NCBI GenBank assembly: GCA_965233135.1
Contig: CBDDRM010000201.1
Location: 6,580-70,579, forward strand
Direction of reading: 5' to 3'
Source: an uncultured bacterium
GTDB lineage: Bacteria; Pseudomonadota; Gammaproteobacteria; Burkholderiales; JACQAP01
Length of the DNA stretch: 64,000 nucleotides
Shown: positions 7,843 to 18,283 of the stretch, piece by piece
How positions within the stretch are numbered: position 1 is the first letter of the stretch
How the letters are laid out: each line of letters begins with the position of its first letter
The notes under the pieces: model-generated
Databases searched by the model: none
Seen by the model: only the letters and a program-made list of their open reading frames with translations
What the model was told of the DNA's origin: nothing
Position numbers and translations under genes: made by a program

Positions 7843-10010
7843 GTTATGGAATTAAGGACTATGTCCCGCCCCGTCGCGCGTACTGGTGCAAGTGGCAAGG
7901 GCTCGGCTCCGCCGCGCGTCGAGGGCGCCGAACTGGAAGACTTCCCCGGGAAAGGTTTCGGCGGGGATATCCAATGGCCTTGCGCGAAATCCACGCCAAT
8001 CTCGCGCAATGAACCGAGTACGATTTCACCATCGACAAACTCGCCAATGGTCTTCTTGCCCATCACGTGCCCGACGTCGTTGATCGCCCTCACCATCGCT
8101 ACCGCAACGGGATCGTGCGCAACGTCCTTGACGAAACTTCCGTCGATCTTGATGAAGTCGACCGGTAGATGTTTCAGATAGCCAAAGGAAGACATTCCGG
8201 CGCCGAAGTCGTCAAGCGAGAAAAGACAGCCGAGCGATTTCATTTCTCCAAAGAAACGCGCCGCCTTGTCGAAATTAGCGATCGCGGCCGTCTCGGTAAT
8301 CTCGAAGCAAATGCTCCGGGGCGGCATGACGAAGGTACGAAACTGTTCACGAACGAATTCCAGAATGCGCTCGTCGCCGATCGATGCGCCCGAAATATTT
8401 ATTGAGTAGGTCCCGCAATCCGGGCCCAGGGAACTGATCGCCGCAAACGCGTTGTGAACGACCCACTGATCGATCATTGGCATGATGCTGTAGCGTTCCG
8501 CCGCAGGAATGAACGCCATCGGAGGCACGATCCTGCCGCGTTCATCAAGCATGCGCACAAGAAGCTCGTGATGGCTTGTCTGCGGCAGGTGCTCCTTGAT
8601 GGACATGATCTGCTGGGAATAGAGAACGAAGCGCCCTTCCTCCAGCGCCGTCTGCAACCTCGACACCCATTCCATTTCGCCTCGGCGCATGGACACATCG
8701 CTGTCATGCGGTCTGTAAAGTTGAACCCGGTTGCGCCCCTTGTCTTTGGCCATGTAGCACGCAGCATCCGCCGCACTGAGTATGTCCGTGAGATTAAGCA
8801 TGCCGTCCGCAACCTGGACCACGCCGACGCTCGCGCCGATGCTGAAGGACTTTCCCTCGCTTACAAAGCGGAAGTCGGCAATGCACAGCCTGAGCTTGTC
8901 GGCGATGCCGATGGCCTCCTGCAGCGGACAATTTTCCAGCAGCACGCCGAACTCGTCGCCGCCGAGCCGGGCGAGTGAATCGCCTTCGCGCACCTGTTCT
9001 TTGAGCAGGGCACTCACTTGCCTCAGCAACTGGTCACCTGCTGCGTGCCCGCAGGTATCGTTCACGATCTTGAACTGATCCAGATCGAGATACATGACCA
9101 CATGCTGGCGCCCCTGACTGGAAGCGGTATGCAGCGCCAATGCGAGGCGTTTCTCGAACTCCAGGCGGTTAACCAGATTGGTAAGCGGGTCGTGACTGGC
9201 GTGGTAAGCGAGCTTTACGGCATACTCCTGGCCGAGCTTCAGTTCCTTGAGTTCGCGTTCTGCTCGATCGACCTGGCTGACCATGCGCTGGGTGAGCAGA
9301 ATCCCGAAGGGAATAAGGATTCCGGCCACAGTAAGAATGACCAGCAATAGCGTAGATTGGATCCAGCGTGTTGCCTCACCAAGCGTATTGGAGAAGCGGT
9401 TCTGCCAAGGCTTGAGTTCCTCGTTGACCTGGATGATGCGGCTCAATGCTGCCTCGCGCCTGAGCGGGTCCGCGTTCACGGTTCCTTGAAACTCATGCAG
9501 TTCTTCGGCTGCCGCCTCCAGCCGCGCCATGAACTGGTCCCCGGTTTTCCAGATGTCCAGAACACTCGCCATGTAGCCTACGCGGTGAAAGCGCTCATAA
9601 AGGCTGATAACGCCATCGATATCTTCCGGGTGGGTGCCGCCCTGCAGAAAGCCGCTTCGCACGACAACGTAATCCGGTTCTGGCTTTTCGAGTTCCAGGC
9701 GCGCTTTGCGGAAACCCAGCGGCACCATGATGGCCTTGCGATAGCTTACGAAGTTTGCCTCTGAACCCGTTTCAGCGAATCTCAGAAGGTGGAAAACGGC
9801 TTCTTTCTGGTTTTTCGACCAGAGACTCTCCCCTTCGACGTAGGCCCGTCCCGCGGCCAGGATGTCGATACTGACGATCGCGAGCCACACCAGCACCACG
9901 ACGATCGCCAGGAACGGCGACACGATGAGGAGCATGCGTTTGCTCATCAAGAGCCACTGTAGGGCCCTTGCCAACGCGGTCATTCCACTATTCATTCTCA
10001 TTCGCAACAT
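7839..10010 (-). CDS. Membrane-bound diguanylate cyclase/phosphodiesterase (2 TM + periplasmic helical domain + GGDEF + EAL)
   Basis: TM helices LLIVSPFLAIVVVLVWLAIVSI and LLLVILTVAGILIPFGILL. GGDEF motif with an I-site (REGDSLARLGGDEFGVL). EAL-domain motifs (HELLVRM, EITETAA, DDFGAGMSSFGYLK). Several in-frame ATGs lie near 10010, so the exact start is uncertain. Confidence 0.9.
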   Translation of the reverse strand: MLRMRMNSGMTALARALQWLLMSKRMLLIVSPFLAIVVVLVWLAIVSIDILAAGRAYVEGESLWSKNQKEAVFHLLRFAETGSEANFVSYRKAIMVPLGFRKARLELEKPEPDYVVVRSGFLQGGTHPEDIDGVISLYERFHRVGYMASVLDIWKTGDQFMARLEAAAEELHEFQGTVNADPLRREAALSRIIQVNEELKPWQNRFSNTLGEATRWIQSTLLLVILTVAGILIPFGILLTQRMVSQVDRAERELKELKLGQEYAVKLAYHASHDPLTNLVNRLEFEKRLALALHTASSQGRQHVVMYLDLDQFKIVNDTCGHAAGDQLLRQVSALLKEQVREGDSLARLGGDEFGVLLENCPLQEAIGIADKLRLCIADFRFVSEGKSFSIGASVGVVQVADGMLNLTDILSAADAACYMAKDKGRNRVQLYRPHDSDVSMRRGEMEWVSRLQTALEEGRFVLYSQQIMSIKEHLPQTSHHELLVRMLDERGRIVPPMAFIPAAERYSIMPMIDQWVVHNAFAAISSLGPDCGTYSINISGASIGDERILEFVREQFRTFVMPPRSICFEITETAAIANFDKAARFFGEMKSLGCLFSLDDFGAGMSSFGYLKHLPVDFIKIDGSFVKDVAHDPVAVAMVRAINDVGHVMGKKTIGEFVDGEIVLGSLREIGVDFAQGHWISPPKPFPGKSSSSAPSTRGGAEPLPLAPVRATGRDIVLNSIT

Positions 10011-10327
10011 CGCTGATCCGTTCTTCAGGAATTACCGCGACACGGAAACGAACGCGCGCTTAAGTCGAACCAAATCCCCTGATCCCTAACAGCAGGTTGC
10101 ATGCCCACATGTGAAAGAGCAGGAGAACAACGTCGTAAATCTATGTTGTTGTTGGAATAAAACAGACAATTGGCCATCGGCCAAGAGACCCTGCCGATAG
10201 CTATTTGATGGCCGGAAACGAGGAGCGCCCGACACTTTGTGACAGGCACTGTTGAAAATCCGTCAACGCGCGCCCGCGCGCCAACCCGGTCTAAGTCAAT
10301 AAACCCTTCTGAGACCTCGTTTGGGAA

Positions 10328-10361
10328 GAAAACCGCGGCGCAGCCTCACGCGGCGGTTTTC
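10328..10361 (-). terminator. Putative intrinsic terminator overlapping the fadE stop codon
   Basis: Inverted repeat GAAAACCGC ... GCGGTTTTC (9 bp) encloses the TGA of fadE. On the transcribed strand the right arm runs into UUUUCUUCCC. Confidence 0.45.
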
Positions 10362-12835
10362 TGTACGACGATGCCAGCAGCATGTGCCGCGTCTTGCGTG
10401 GCCTGGGCACGACCGATGTCGTGCGGAAAATCGTCAACCATGATGCAGCTTCGGCGCAATTTACTGAATTGCTGAAACTGTGTCGCTTCCGATGGGCTGA
10501 TGATGCCCTTCTCCACGGCCGCCATCACCCGCGCCTGTTCCGTCATACCATCGACGACACCGGCTCGGACGGCATTGCGGATCCTTGCTTCCGTCGCTTC
10601 TCCGGCTACGGCCGCCTGCATCGCCAACTCCAGACGTCCAACCGGATCGTCCTCGTGACGGAGCAGAAAAACGTTGGAGGTCAGTCTCTCGCGCGTCGCA
10701 GAATGCTCAAGCAACAGCTTCGCGATCTCATGGCCGAGATGGTCGCGTGGGGCAGAGAATGACTTGCCCAAGGGGAAAATCACGATCCGCATCAGTATTC
10801 CAAGGATGCGGCTGGGAAAATTCTCGAATACTCCATAAAACGCCTCCTGGATCCGATGCAAGCAGTCCTCCAGCGCCCATTTCACGATTGGCAGATCCGC
10901 GCGGGGACGAGCATCATCTTCATAGCGCTTCATCACCGCCGAAGCGATATACAACTGGCTGAGAATATCGCCGAGACGGGCCGACAACTTCTCTTTGCGT
11001 TTCAAATCTCCGCCCAGCACCAGCATCGACACGTCGGCCGAGAGTGCGAATCCCGCGCATAAACGGGTGAGCTGGCGTGCATATGACCGAAGTTCCGGCG
11101 CTCCTGGAACGCTCCCCAGATGAGCACCTGTCATGCCTTGCCACAACGCTCTTGCGGCGTTGCACATCACAAAACGAACGTGATTCCAGAACGCTTCATC
11201 GAATTCATCGCGAGCCTGCTCCGTGTTCTTGTTTCGCGTGGCTGCGATTTCCTTGAGCACGAAGGGATGACACCGTATGGCGCCCTGCCCGAATATCATC
11301 ATGCTTCGCGTCAGGATATTGGCACCTTCCACGGTAATACCGATCGGAATCTGCTGATAGGCCCGCCCAAGATAGTTGTTTGGGCCGAGACAAATCCCTT
11401 TCCCTCCATGCACATCCATCGCGTCATTGATCACCTGTCTGCCACGTTCCGTGCAGTGATATTTTACGATCGCTGATATGACAGACGGTTTCTCGCCGAG
11501 ATCGATGGCACCTGCAGTCATAGTGCGTGCGGCATCGATCGCATAGGTGTTACCCGCAATACGCGCCAGCGCTTCCTCAATTCCCTCGAACTTGCCGATG
11601 GGTATCTTGAACTGGCTGCGCACCCGGCCATAGGCGCTCGTCGTGCGTAATGCCAGCTTGGCAGCCCCGGCGCTCGACGAAGGCAGGGATATGGAACGCC
11701 CCGCCGCCAGGCACTCCATGAGCATGCGCCAACCCTGGCCGACATATTCGCTGCCGCCGATGACCCATTCCATCGGGATAAATACATCGCGACCCCAGTT
11801 GGGTCCATTCATGAACGAAGCATTCAGTGGAAAATGACGGCGCCCGATATTCACTCCGGGATGTCGGGTTGGGATCAATGCGAGCGTTATGCCGAGATCC
11901 GGCTGCGAACCTAGCAGGCCATCGGGGTCATGCAACTTGAATGCAAGCCCCAGCAGTGTCGCAACAGGCCCGAGCGTGATGTAGCGCTTTTCCCAGGTCA
12001 GTCGTATCCCAACGACTTCGCGGCCTTCATGCAGGCCCCTGGCCACAATCCCATAGTCCGGAATGGCGCCAGCGTCCGAGCCCGCTTCCGGCCCGGTCAA
12101 CGCGAAGCAAGGTATCTCCAGCCCCCTCGCCAGACGCGGCAGATAATGTTTCTTCTGCTCCTCGGTGCCGTAGTGCATGAGTAATTCGGCCGGCCCGAGC
12201 GAATTGGGCACCATAACTGAAACGCACGCCGTCGCACTGCGCGTAGCCAGTTTTTGTACAACTTGCGAGTGCGCGAATGCGGAAAATCCCAGGCCGCCAT
12301 AATGGCGCGGAATAATCATGCCGAGAAAGCCCGCATCCTTGATGTACTGCCAAACGGCCTGAGGCAGATCGTTCAACTCGTGGGTGATTTCCCAGTCGTC
12401 GCACATGCGACACAACTCTTCTACCGGCCCGTCCAGGAAGGCCTGCTCATCCGGCGTCAGACGCGGTTTGGGCGTTCCGAACAACTTGTTCCAGTCCGGT
12501 TGTCCGCTGAACAGTTCGCCATCCCACCACACGGTGCCAGCATCAAGCGCCTCCTGTTCGGTCTGCGAGACTTGCGGCAAGACTTTGCGAAACCAGTTCA
12601 GCAAGGGTTCGCTGAGCAGTCCGCGACGCAATTGCGGAACCCACAGCAGTGCGGCAGCGATCAAAAACAGCGTCCACAATACGACTTTCACCCCGGCACC
12701 CGTATCGGACCACAGAGTCAGGGCACCCAGGTACAACGCGATACCGACAACCCATGCCGTGGCGCGAGCCCGGGAGTAGGCCAGTATCCACAAAAGTATT
12801 GCGGCCGCGGCAATCCAAATCGTGGCGCTGCTCAT
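10346..12835 (-). CDS. fadE: Acyl-CoA dehydrogenase FadE (large, N-terminally membrane-anchored type)
   Basis: 830 aa from ATG 12835 (SD GGGAG 7 nt upstream; the track start at 12949 adds 38 Arg-rich residues). N-terminal hydrophobic helices, then QTEQEALDAGTVWWDGELFSGQPDW as in E. coli FadE, then ACAD core motifs. Confidence 0.9.
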   Translation of the reverse strand: MSSATIWIAAAAILLWILAYSRARATAWVVGIALYLGALTLWSDTGAGVKVVLWTLFLIAAALLWVPQLRRGLLSEPLLNWFRKVLPQVSQTEQEALDAGTVWWDGELFSGQPDWNKLFGTPKPRLTPDEQAFLDGPVEELCRMCDDWEITHELNDLPQAVWQYIKDAGFLGMIIPRHYGGLGFSAFAHSQVVQKLATRSATACVSVMVPNSLGPAELLMHYGTEEQKKHYLPRLARGLEIPCFALTGPEAGSDAGAIPDYGIVARGLHEGREVVGIRLTWEKRYITLGPVATLLGLAFKLHDPDGLLGSQPDLGITLALIPTRHPGVNIGRRHFPLNASFMNGPNWGRDVFIPMEWVIGGSEYVGQGWRMLMECLAAGRSISLPSSSAGAAKLALRTTSAYGRVRSQFKIPIGKFEGIEEALARIAGNTYAIDAARTMTAGAIDLGEKPSVISAIVKYHCTERGRQVINDAMDVHGGKGICLGPNNYLGRAYQQIPIGITVEGANILTRSMMIFGQGAIRCHPFVLKEIAATRNKNTEQARDEFDEAFWNHVRFVMCNAARALWQGMTGAHLGSVPGAPELRSYARQLTRLCAGFALSADVSMLVLGGDLKRKEKLSARLGDILSQLYIASAVMKRYEDDARPRADLPIVKWALEDCLHRIQEAFYGVFENFPSRILGILMRIVIFPLGKSFSAPRDHLGHEIAKLLLEHSATRERLTSNVFLLRHEDDPVGRLELAMQAAVAGEATEARIRNAVRAGVVDGMTEQARVMAAVEKGIISPSEATQFQQFSKLRRSCIMVDDFPHDIGRAQATQDAAHAAGIVVQKTAA

Positions 12836-12994
12836 GGCTTTGCTCCCGTATCCCGACTTACATCTATTTTCATGTCGTACCCTGTCGCGAAACCGTGATC
12901 GGGCGCGGGCCGCCCGTGATGCCTGTTGGCCGCTGCGCGCGATACCCAACCCGTACCTTTTGACAGCGGCACCCTAAATGAAGTGCGGCTGCGC

Positions 12995-14788
12995 TCAAAA
13001 CTGGGCTTCTTCGAGCGCCATCACGCTGCTCGATCCATGCACGATCTCGTGTTTATAGGCCGTCGCAAGGGGAAGGATATGCTCCGCGTAAAATCGTGCT
13101 GTCCCCATCTTGGCGCGGTAGAAATCGTAATCCTCGCTGTTTTCGTCGAGTCTGGCCTTCGCTATAACTGCGGCGCGTGCCATCTGCCAGCCGCCGGCGA
13201 CAATGCCGCAGAGCTTCAGAAACGGTACGGCCCCGGCACTTGCGGCCTTCACGTTGCCGGGATATGTCGCCAGCAGCCAATCCGTTGCCTCTGAAAGCGA
13301 TGCAACACCTTCGGCGAGCCCGCGGCGAATGACGGCAAGTCCGGGATGGCCAACCTTCGAGAGTTGCTCGTCCAGACTACGCATCTGGCCCAGTAGCAAC
13401 TTCATAGTGGCACCTTTTTCGTAAGCGATTTTCCGACCGACCAGGTCATTGGCCTGGATCCCGGTGGTGCCTTCGTAAATGGTCGTAATGCGCGCATCGC
13501 GCAAGTACTGAGCGGCACCAGTTTCCTCGACAAAACCCATGCCGCCATGTATCTGTACGCCGGTCGACGCGATTTCGATCGACTGCTCGGTGCACCATCC
13601 TTTGACCACCGGGGTCAACAAATCGAACATTGCCTGGTTGCGCGCCCGTTCAGCCGTGTCGGGGTGCAAAAGCGCCTTATCGAGGTGGGCGGACGCCAAC
13701 GTGGCCAAGGCCCGCATTGCCTCGGTCTGCGCTTTCATGCTCATGAGCATACGACGCACATCGGGGTGATGAATGATGCTGACTCGGTCGCCAGTCTTGA
13801 CGCCGACTTCGCGACCCTGAACGCGGTTGCGGGCATATTCGAGCGCATGCTGATACGCGCGTTCGGAAATGGCAACGCCTTCGATTCCAACTTCGAGCCG
13901 CGCGAAATTCATCATCGTGAACATGTATTCCAAGCCACGATTCTCCTCGCCGACCAGATAGCCGATCGCGCCGTCGTCATCGCCGTAGGCCATGACACAG
14001 GTCGGACTGCCGTGGATACCGAGTTTATGCTCGATGGAAACACATTTGACATCGTTGCGTTTGCCCAGACTGCCGTCGGCGTTGACCAGAAACTTGGGCA
14101 CGACGAACAATGAAATGCCTTTGACGCCTTCCGGCGCATCGGGTGTACGGGCCAGTACCATGTGGATAATGTTCTCCGCCATGTCATGTTCGCCCCAAGT
14201 AATGAAAATCTTGGTGCCATGAAGCCGGTAGTGGTCGCCCTGCGGGACGGCCCGGGTGCGCACGGCAGACAGATCGGAGCCAGCCTGTGATTCGGTCAGA
14301 TTCATGGTTCCGGTCCACGTTCCGTTAACAAGATTGGGCAGGAAAGTGTTCTTTTGCGCTTCCGAGCCGTGACGCATGAGGGATGCGACCACGCCGGCCG
14401 TGAGCATGGGACAGAGGCAGAACGACATATTGGCCGAGTTCCACATTTCCGATGTTTGCGCGGAAAGAATATGCGGCAGTCCCTGCCCACCGTATTGCGG
14501 ATCGCAATTCAATCCGGTCCAGCCGCCTTGCGAAAACTGCCGGAATGCTTCCACGAATCCCGACGCAGCCTTCACTTCGTTGCCGTTAAGCACGGCGCCG
14601 CTGGTATCGCCGGGCCGATTTATTGGATCGAGCACACCGCTCGCGAACTTCCCGGCTTCTTCGAGAACGGCGTCCACCACGTCTGGGGTAAGATCCTCGC
14701 ACCCCGGCAGTCCGGCGATATCGTCAAGACCGATCAACTCTTTGACGGCGAACTTCATGTCGCGAAGCGGCGCTGCGTAAACGGACAT
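12995..14788 (-). CDS. Acyl-CoA dehydrogenase, ~600-aa class with an extended C-terminal domain
   Basis: 597 aa. MSVYAAPLRDMKFAVKELIGLDDI N-terminus, then TESQAGSDL, and IHGGMGFVEETGAAQYLRDARITTIYEGTTGIQ (ACAD C-terminal signature). Confidence 0.9.
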   Translation of the reverse strand: MSVYAAPLRDMKFAVKELIGLDDIAGLPGCEDLTPDVVDAVLEEAGKFASGVLDPINRPGDTSGAVLNGNEVKAASGFVEAFRQFSQGGWTGLNCDPQYGGQGLPHILSAQTSEMWNSANMSFCLCPMLTAGVVASLMRHGSEAQKNTFLPNLVNGTWTGTMNLTESQAGSDLSAVRTRAVPQGDHYRLHGTKIFITWGEHDMAENIIHMVLARTPDAPEGVKGISLFVVPKFLVNADGSLGKRNDVKCVSIEHKLGIHGSPTCVMAYGDDDGAIGYLVGEENRGLEYMFTMMNFARLEVGIEGVAISERAYQHALEYARNRVQGREVGVKTGDRVSIIHHPDVRRMLMSMKAQTEAMRALATLASAHLDKALLHPDTAERARNQAMFDLLTPVVKGWCTEQSIEIASTGVQIHGGMGFVEETGAAQYLRDARITTIYEGTTGIQANDLVGRKIAYEKGATMKLLLGQMRSLDEQLSKVGHPGLAVIRRGLAEGVASLSEATDWLLATYPGNVKAASAGAVPFLKLCGIVAGGWQMARAAVIAKARLDENSEDYDFYRAKMGTARFYAEHILPLATAYKHEIVHGSSSVMALEEAQF

Positions 14789-14877
14789 TGATTACTCCTG
14801 TGGCACTGATTCAAGAAACGGAAAGGTTCATGCGCGGTGGAACTGAGTTGATTTGTGGCGTTCCGATGTGCCTCGCT

Positions 14878-15807
14878 TCACAACTGGGCCGTCAATTCGG
14901 GAACGGCCTGGAACAGATCGGCAACAAGTCCATAGTCCGCGATCTGAAAGATCGGTGCTTCGGCATCCTTGTTGATTGCTACGATAACCTTGCTGTCTTT
15001 CATCCCTGCAAGATGCTGGATAGCGCCTGATATGCCGATGGCGATGTACAGTTCAGGAGCGACGATCTTGCCGGTTTGCCCGACCTGATAGTCGTTTGGC
15101 ACGAAACCGGAATCCACCGCCGCGCGCGACGCCCCGACAGCGGCGCCGAGCTTGTCGGCAAGCGCCTCGAGCAGTCTGAAATTCTCTCCATTACCCATCC
15201 CCCGCCCCCCGGACACTATCGCGCGCGCAGAGGTCAATTCCGGTCGGGCCGACTTGGTGAGTTCCTGGCCGATCAAAGAAGATAATGCCCCATCGGCGGC
15301 GGCAGCCAGGTGTTCGATGGTCGCTGTGCCCCCGCTGGCAGGTGCCGCATCGAATCCGGTCGAACGCACCGTTATCACTTTGACTGCATCCGTCGATTGT
15401 ACGGTCGCCAGGGCATTGCCGGCGTAGATCGGTCGAACGAAGGTGTCCGGGGCTTCGACCTTGATGATGTCCGATATCTGCGCCACGTCCAGCAGCGCGG
15501 CTACCCGCGGCGATACGTTCTTGCCCGAGCTGGTCGAGGACGCCAATATGTGACTGTACTGACCGGCAACAGAAACAACCAGCACGGCAAGGTTCTCGGC
15601 CAGTGCATGCGCGTAATGGGGCGCATCGCACACCAGAATCTTTCTCACCCCGGCAATGGCGGCGGCGGCCTGCGCGGCTCCGGCACATTGGTGGCCAGCG
15701 ACCAGAATGTCGATATCGCCGCCTATTTGCCGGGCGGCGGCAACAGTATTGAGCAACGCCGGTTTGACGCCAGCATTGTCATGATCCGCAATAATGAGGA
15801 TGGCCAT
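14878..15807 (-). CDS. etfA: Electron transfer flavoprotein subunit alpha
   Basis: 309 aa. The tract [13 protein letters not shown]...[45 protein letters not shown] is the canonical EtfA FAD-binding region. It starts directly after the etfB stop. Confidence 0.95.
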   Translation of the reverse strand: MAILIIADHDNAGVKPALLNTVAAARQIGGDIDILVAGHQCAGAAQAAAAIAGVRKILVCDAPHYAHALAENLAVLVVSVAGQYSHILASSTSSGKNVSPRVAALLDVAQISDIIKVEAPDTFVRPIYAGNALATVQSTDAVKVITVRSTGFDAAPASGGTATIEHLAAAADGALSSLIGQELTKSARPELTSARAIVSGGRGMGNGENFRLLEALADKLGAAVGASRAAVDSGFVPNDYQVGQTGKIVAPELYIAIGISGAIQHLAGMKDSKVIVAINKDAEAPIFQIADYGLVADLFQAVPELTAQL

Positions 15808-16557
15808 TTATAGAACCTTCGCTTCGTTTTTGAGTTTCTCGACCAGTTCCTGCACGCTCTTGACCACTTTGCCGGCCGTGCGCTTGGGCGGTTCCTGAAC
15901 CTTCAGAGTTTTCAGACGAGGTGCGACATCGACTCCCAGCGCTTCCGGGGTGACGACCTCCAGTGGTTTCTTCTTGGCTTTCATAATATTGGGAAGGGTC
16001 ACATACCGGGGCTCATTCAATCGCAAATCAGTCGTTATAACCGCCGGAAGCTTGATCGAAAGCGTCTCCAGACCGCCGTCGACTTCACGGGTAACTTCGG
16101 CAGAAGAGCCGCTCACCTTTAATTTCGACGCGAATGTTGCCTGCGACCAGTTCAGCAGGGCGGCCAGCATTTGCCCGGTCTGGTTTGAATCGTCGTCAAT
16201 GGCCTGTTTGCCCATGATCACAAGATCTGGCTGCTCTTTTGCGACTATCGCCTTCAAAAGCTTTGCCACAGCCAGCGGCTGAATTTCAACGCCGCTTTCC
16301 ACCAGGATGGCGCGATCGGCGCCGATCGCCAGCGCAGTGCGTAGCGTCTCCTGGCATTGCGCGGTTCCGATCGAAATTGCAATGACTTCCGTAGCGATGC
16401 TGGCTTCTTTGAGGCGCATTGCCTCCTCCACCGCAATCTCATCGAACGGATTCATTGACATTTTCACGTTGGCGGTTTCCACCCCGGAGCCATCCGCTTT
16501 CACGCGGACTTTGACGTTGTAATCCACCACGCGTTTGACGGGTACCAGTACTTTCAT
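15808..16557 (-). CDS. etfB: Electron transfer flavoprotein subunit beta
   Basis: 249 aa. [27 protein letters not shown]...[14 protein letters not shown] is a typical EtfB N-terminus. Confidence 0.95.
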   Translation of the reverse strand: MKVLVPVKRVVDYNVKVRVKADGSGVETANVKMSMNPFDEIAVEEAMRLKEASIATEVIAISIGTAQCQETLRTALAIGADRAILVESGVEIQPLAVAKLLKAIVAKEQPDLVIMGKQAIDDDSNQTGQMLAALLNWSQATFASKLKVSGSSAEVTREVDGGLETLSIKLPAVITTDLRLNEPRYVTLPNIMKAKKKPLEVVTPEALGVDVAPRLKTLKVQEPPKRTAGKVVKSVQELVEKLKNEAKVL

Positions 16558-16651
16558 TTCTGAAACCTTATGCCAGATTGGAGAATGCGAATTCTACCGC
16601 AGCGTCCTCATTGTCCCAATTGCCGCTGCGCCTCGCCCGCGGGCTTGGCGC

Positions 16652-18283
16652 TCAGTCGGCTTTGGCCCGCTCGCGCAGCAGATTCTTCTGAATTTTGCCC
16701 GTCGAAGTCTTGGGCAACGGACCAAAAATCACCTTGCGTGGGCACTTGAAATGAGCCAGGCGCGCTCGGCAAAATCCGATGAGTTCCTGCTCGGATGGCT
16801 GTGCCGCGCCGTTCTTGACGGTGACAAAGGCACAAGGTGTTTCCCCCCATTTATCGTCTGGCCTGGCAACAACTGCCGCTTCGAGCACGTTCGGGTGGCT
16901 GTAGAGCACGTCTTCAATTTCTATGGTCGAAATATTCTCGCCGCCAGAGATGATGATGTCTTTCGAGCGGTCTTTTATCTTGACGTAGCCGGCTGCATCG
17001 ATCACCGCAAGATCGCCAGTATGAAACCACCCCTCGGCAAATGCTTCGGAAGTGGCCTGGGGGTTCTTGAGATACCCTTTCATGGTGATGTTTCCACGAA
17101 AGAAGATCTCCCCCATCGTTTGGCCGTCGCGAGGCACTGGTTGCATGGTAATCGGGTCAAGAACGTCCATTGCCTCCTGCATCACATAGCGCACGCCTTG
17201 TCTGCCATTGAGCTCGGCGCGTTCAGCAGGCGGGAGCGCCTCCCAGTCCGGGTGCTTGGCACATACCGAGGCCGGCCCGTAAACCTCGGTGAGGCCGTAA
17301 ACGTGGGTCAAGTCCACCCCCATGCGTTCCATACCCTCGATAACGGCAGGTGGCGGGGCGGCACCAGCGATCATTGCACGGACCTTGTGATCGATACCGC
17401 TGCGCAATTCAGCGGGTGCGTTGATAAGCATGTTATGCACCACGGGTGCCCCGCAAAAGTGCGTCACCCTGTGACGTCGCACGAGCTCGAAGACAGGTTC
17501 GGCCTCCACCTTGCGTAGACAAACGCTCGTGCCGGCCAATGCAGCGAGTGTCCAGGGGAAGCACCAGCCGTTGCAGTGGAACATGGGCAGTGTCCACAGG
17601 TAAACCGGGAAATGCGGCATAGCCCACGTTACGATATTGCCAACCGCGTTAAGGTATGCGCCCCGGTGATGGGTTACCACGCCTTTCGGATTGCCGGTCG
17701 TGCCGGACGTATACGAGAGCGCAATCGCATTCCACTCATCTTCCGGCAATGTCCATGCGAATGCCGGGTCGCCCGAATGGAGAAAAGATTCATAATCCGT
17801 CTCTCCCAGTAATCGTCCGGTCGGGTTCGAAGGATCATCAATGTCGACGACAATCACGTCATGATCGACTTGCTGCAACGCCATAGAAATCGTCGGAGAA
17901 AATTCCCGATCCGTAATCAGTACCTTGGCTTCGCCATGATTCAGCATGAACGCGATCGCCTCGGCATCGAGGCGCGTGTTCAGGGTGTTCAGCACGGCAC
18001 CCGTCATGGGCACGCCAAAGTGCGCCTCGAACATGGCCGGCACATTTGGCGCCATTACGGCAACCGTATCGCCTTCGCCAATCCCCCGTCGGGCCAGCGC
18101 GGACGCCAGCCTGCGGCAGCGCGAGTAAGCATCGCCCCAGGAGAAGATCTGTTCGCCATATATAACGGCCGTCCGATGCGGATAGACCTCGGCGCTGCGG
18201 GCGAGGAAGGAGAGGGGAGATAACGATGCAAAATTGGCGGGATTCTTGTCCAAACCCGACCGAAAGGGATGGTTACGATTCAA
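16652..18283 (-). CDS. Medium/short-chain acyl-CoA synthetase (AMP-binding)
   Basis: SYTSGTTGNPKGV, YGLTE and HTGDLAVIDAAGYVKIKDRSKDIIISGGENIS motifs. The track ORF extends to 18388. I prefer TTG 18283 (SD GGAG 8 nt upstream), which gives the conserved N-terminus ...NRNHPFRSGLDKNPANFASLSPLSFL. The start is uncertain. Confidence 0.85.
   Translation of the reverse strand: MNRNHPFRSGLDKNPANFASLSPLSFLARSAEVYPHRTAVIYGEQIFSWGDAYSRCRRLASALARRGIGEGDTVAVMAPNVPAMFEAHFGVPMTGAVLNTLNTRLDAEAIAFMLNHGEAKVLITDREFSPTISMALQQVDHDVIVVDIDDPSNPTGRLLGETDYESFLHSGDPAFAWTLPEDEWNAIALSYTSGTTGNPKGVVTHHRGAYLNAVGNIVTWAMPHFPVYLWTLPMFHCNGWCFPWTLAALAGTSVCLRKVEAEPVFELVRRHRVTHFCGAPVVHNMLINAPAELRSGIDHKVRAMIAGAAPPPAVIEGMERMGVDLTHVYGLTEVYGPASVCAKHPDWEALPPAERAELNGRQGVRYVMQEAMDVLDPITMQPVPRDGQTMGEIFFRGNITMKGYLKNPQATSEAFAEGWFHTGDLAVIDAAGYVKIKDRSKDIIISGGENISTIEIEDVLYSHPNVLEAAVVARPDDKWGETPCAFVTVKNGAAQPSEQELIGFCRARLAHFKCPRKVIFGPLPKTSTGKIQKNLLRERAKAD

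Noticed and set aside
16535-17518. 327-aa + ORF
   Set aside because: It lies antisense to the AMP-binding acyl-CoA synthetase, which has canonical motifs. There is no recognisable domain, and the composition is Arg/His-rich.
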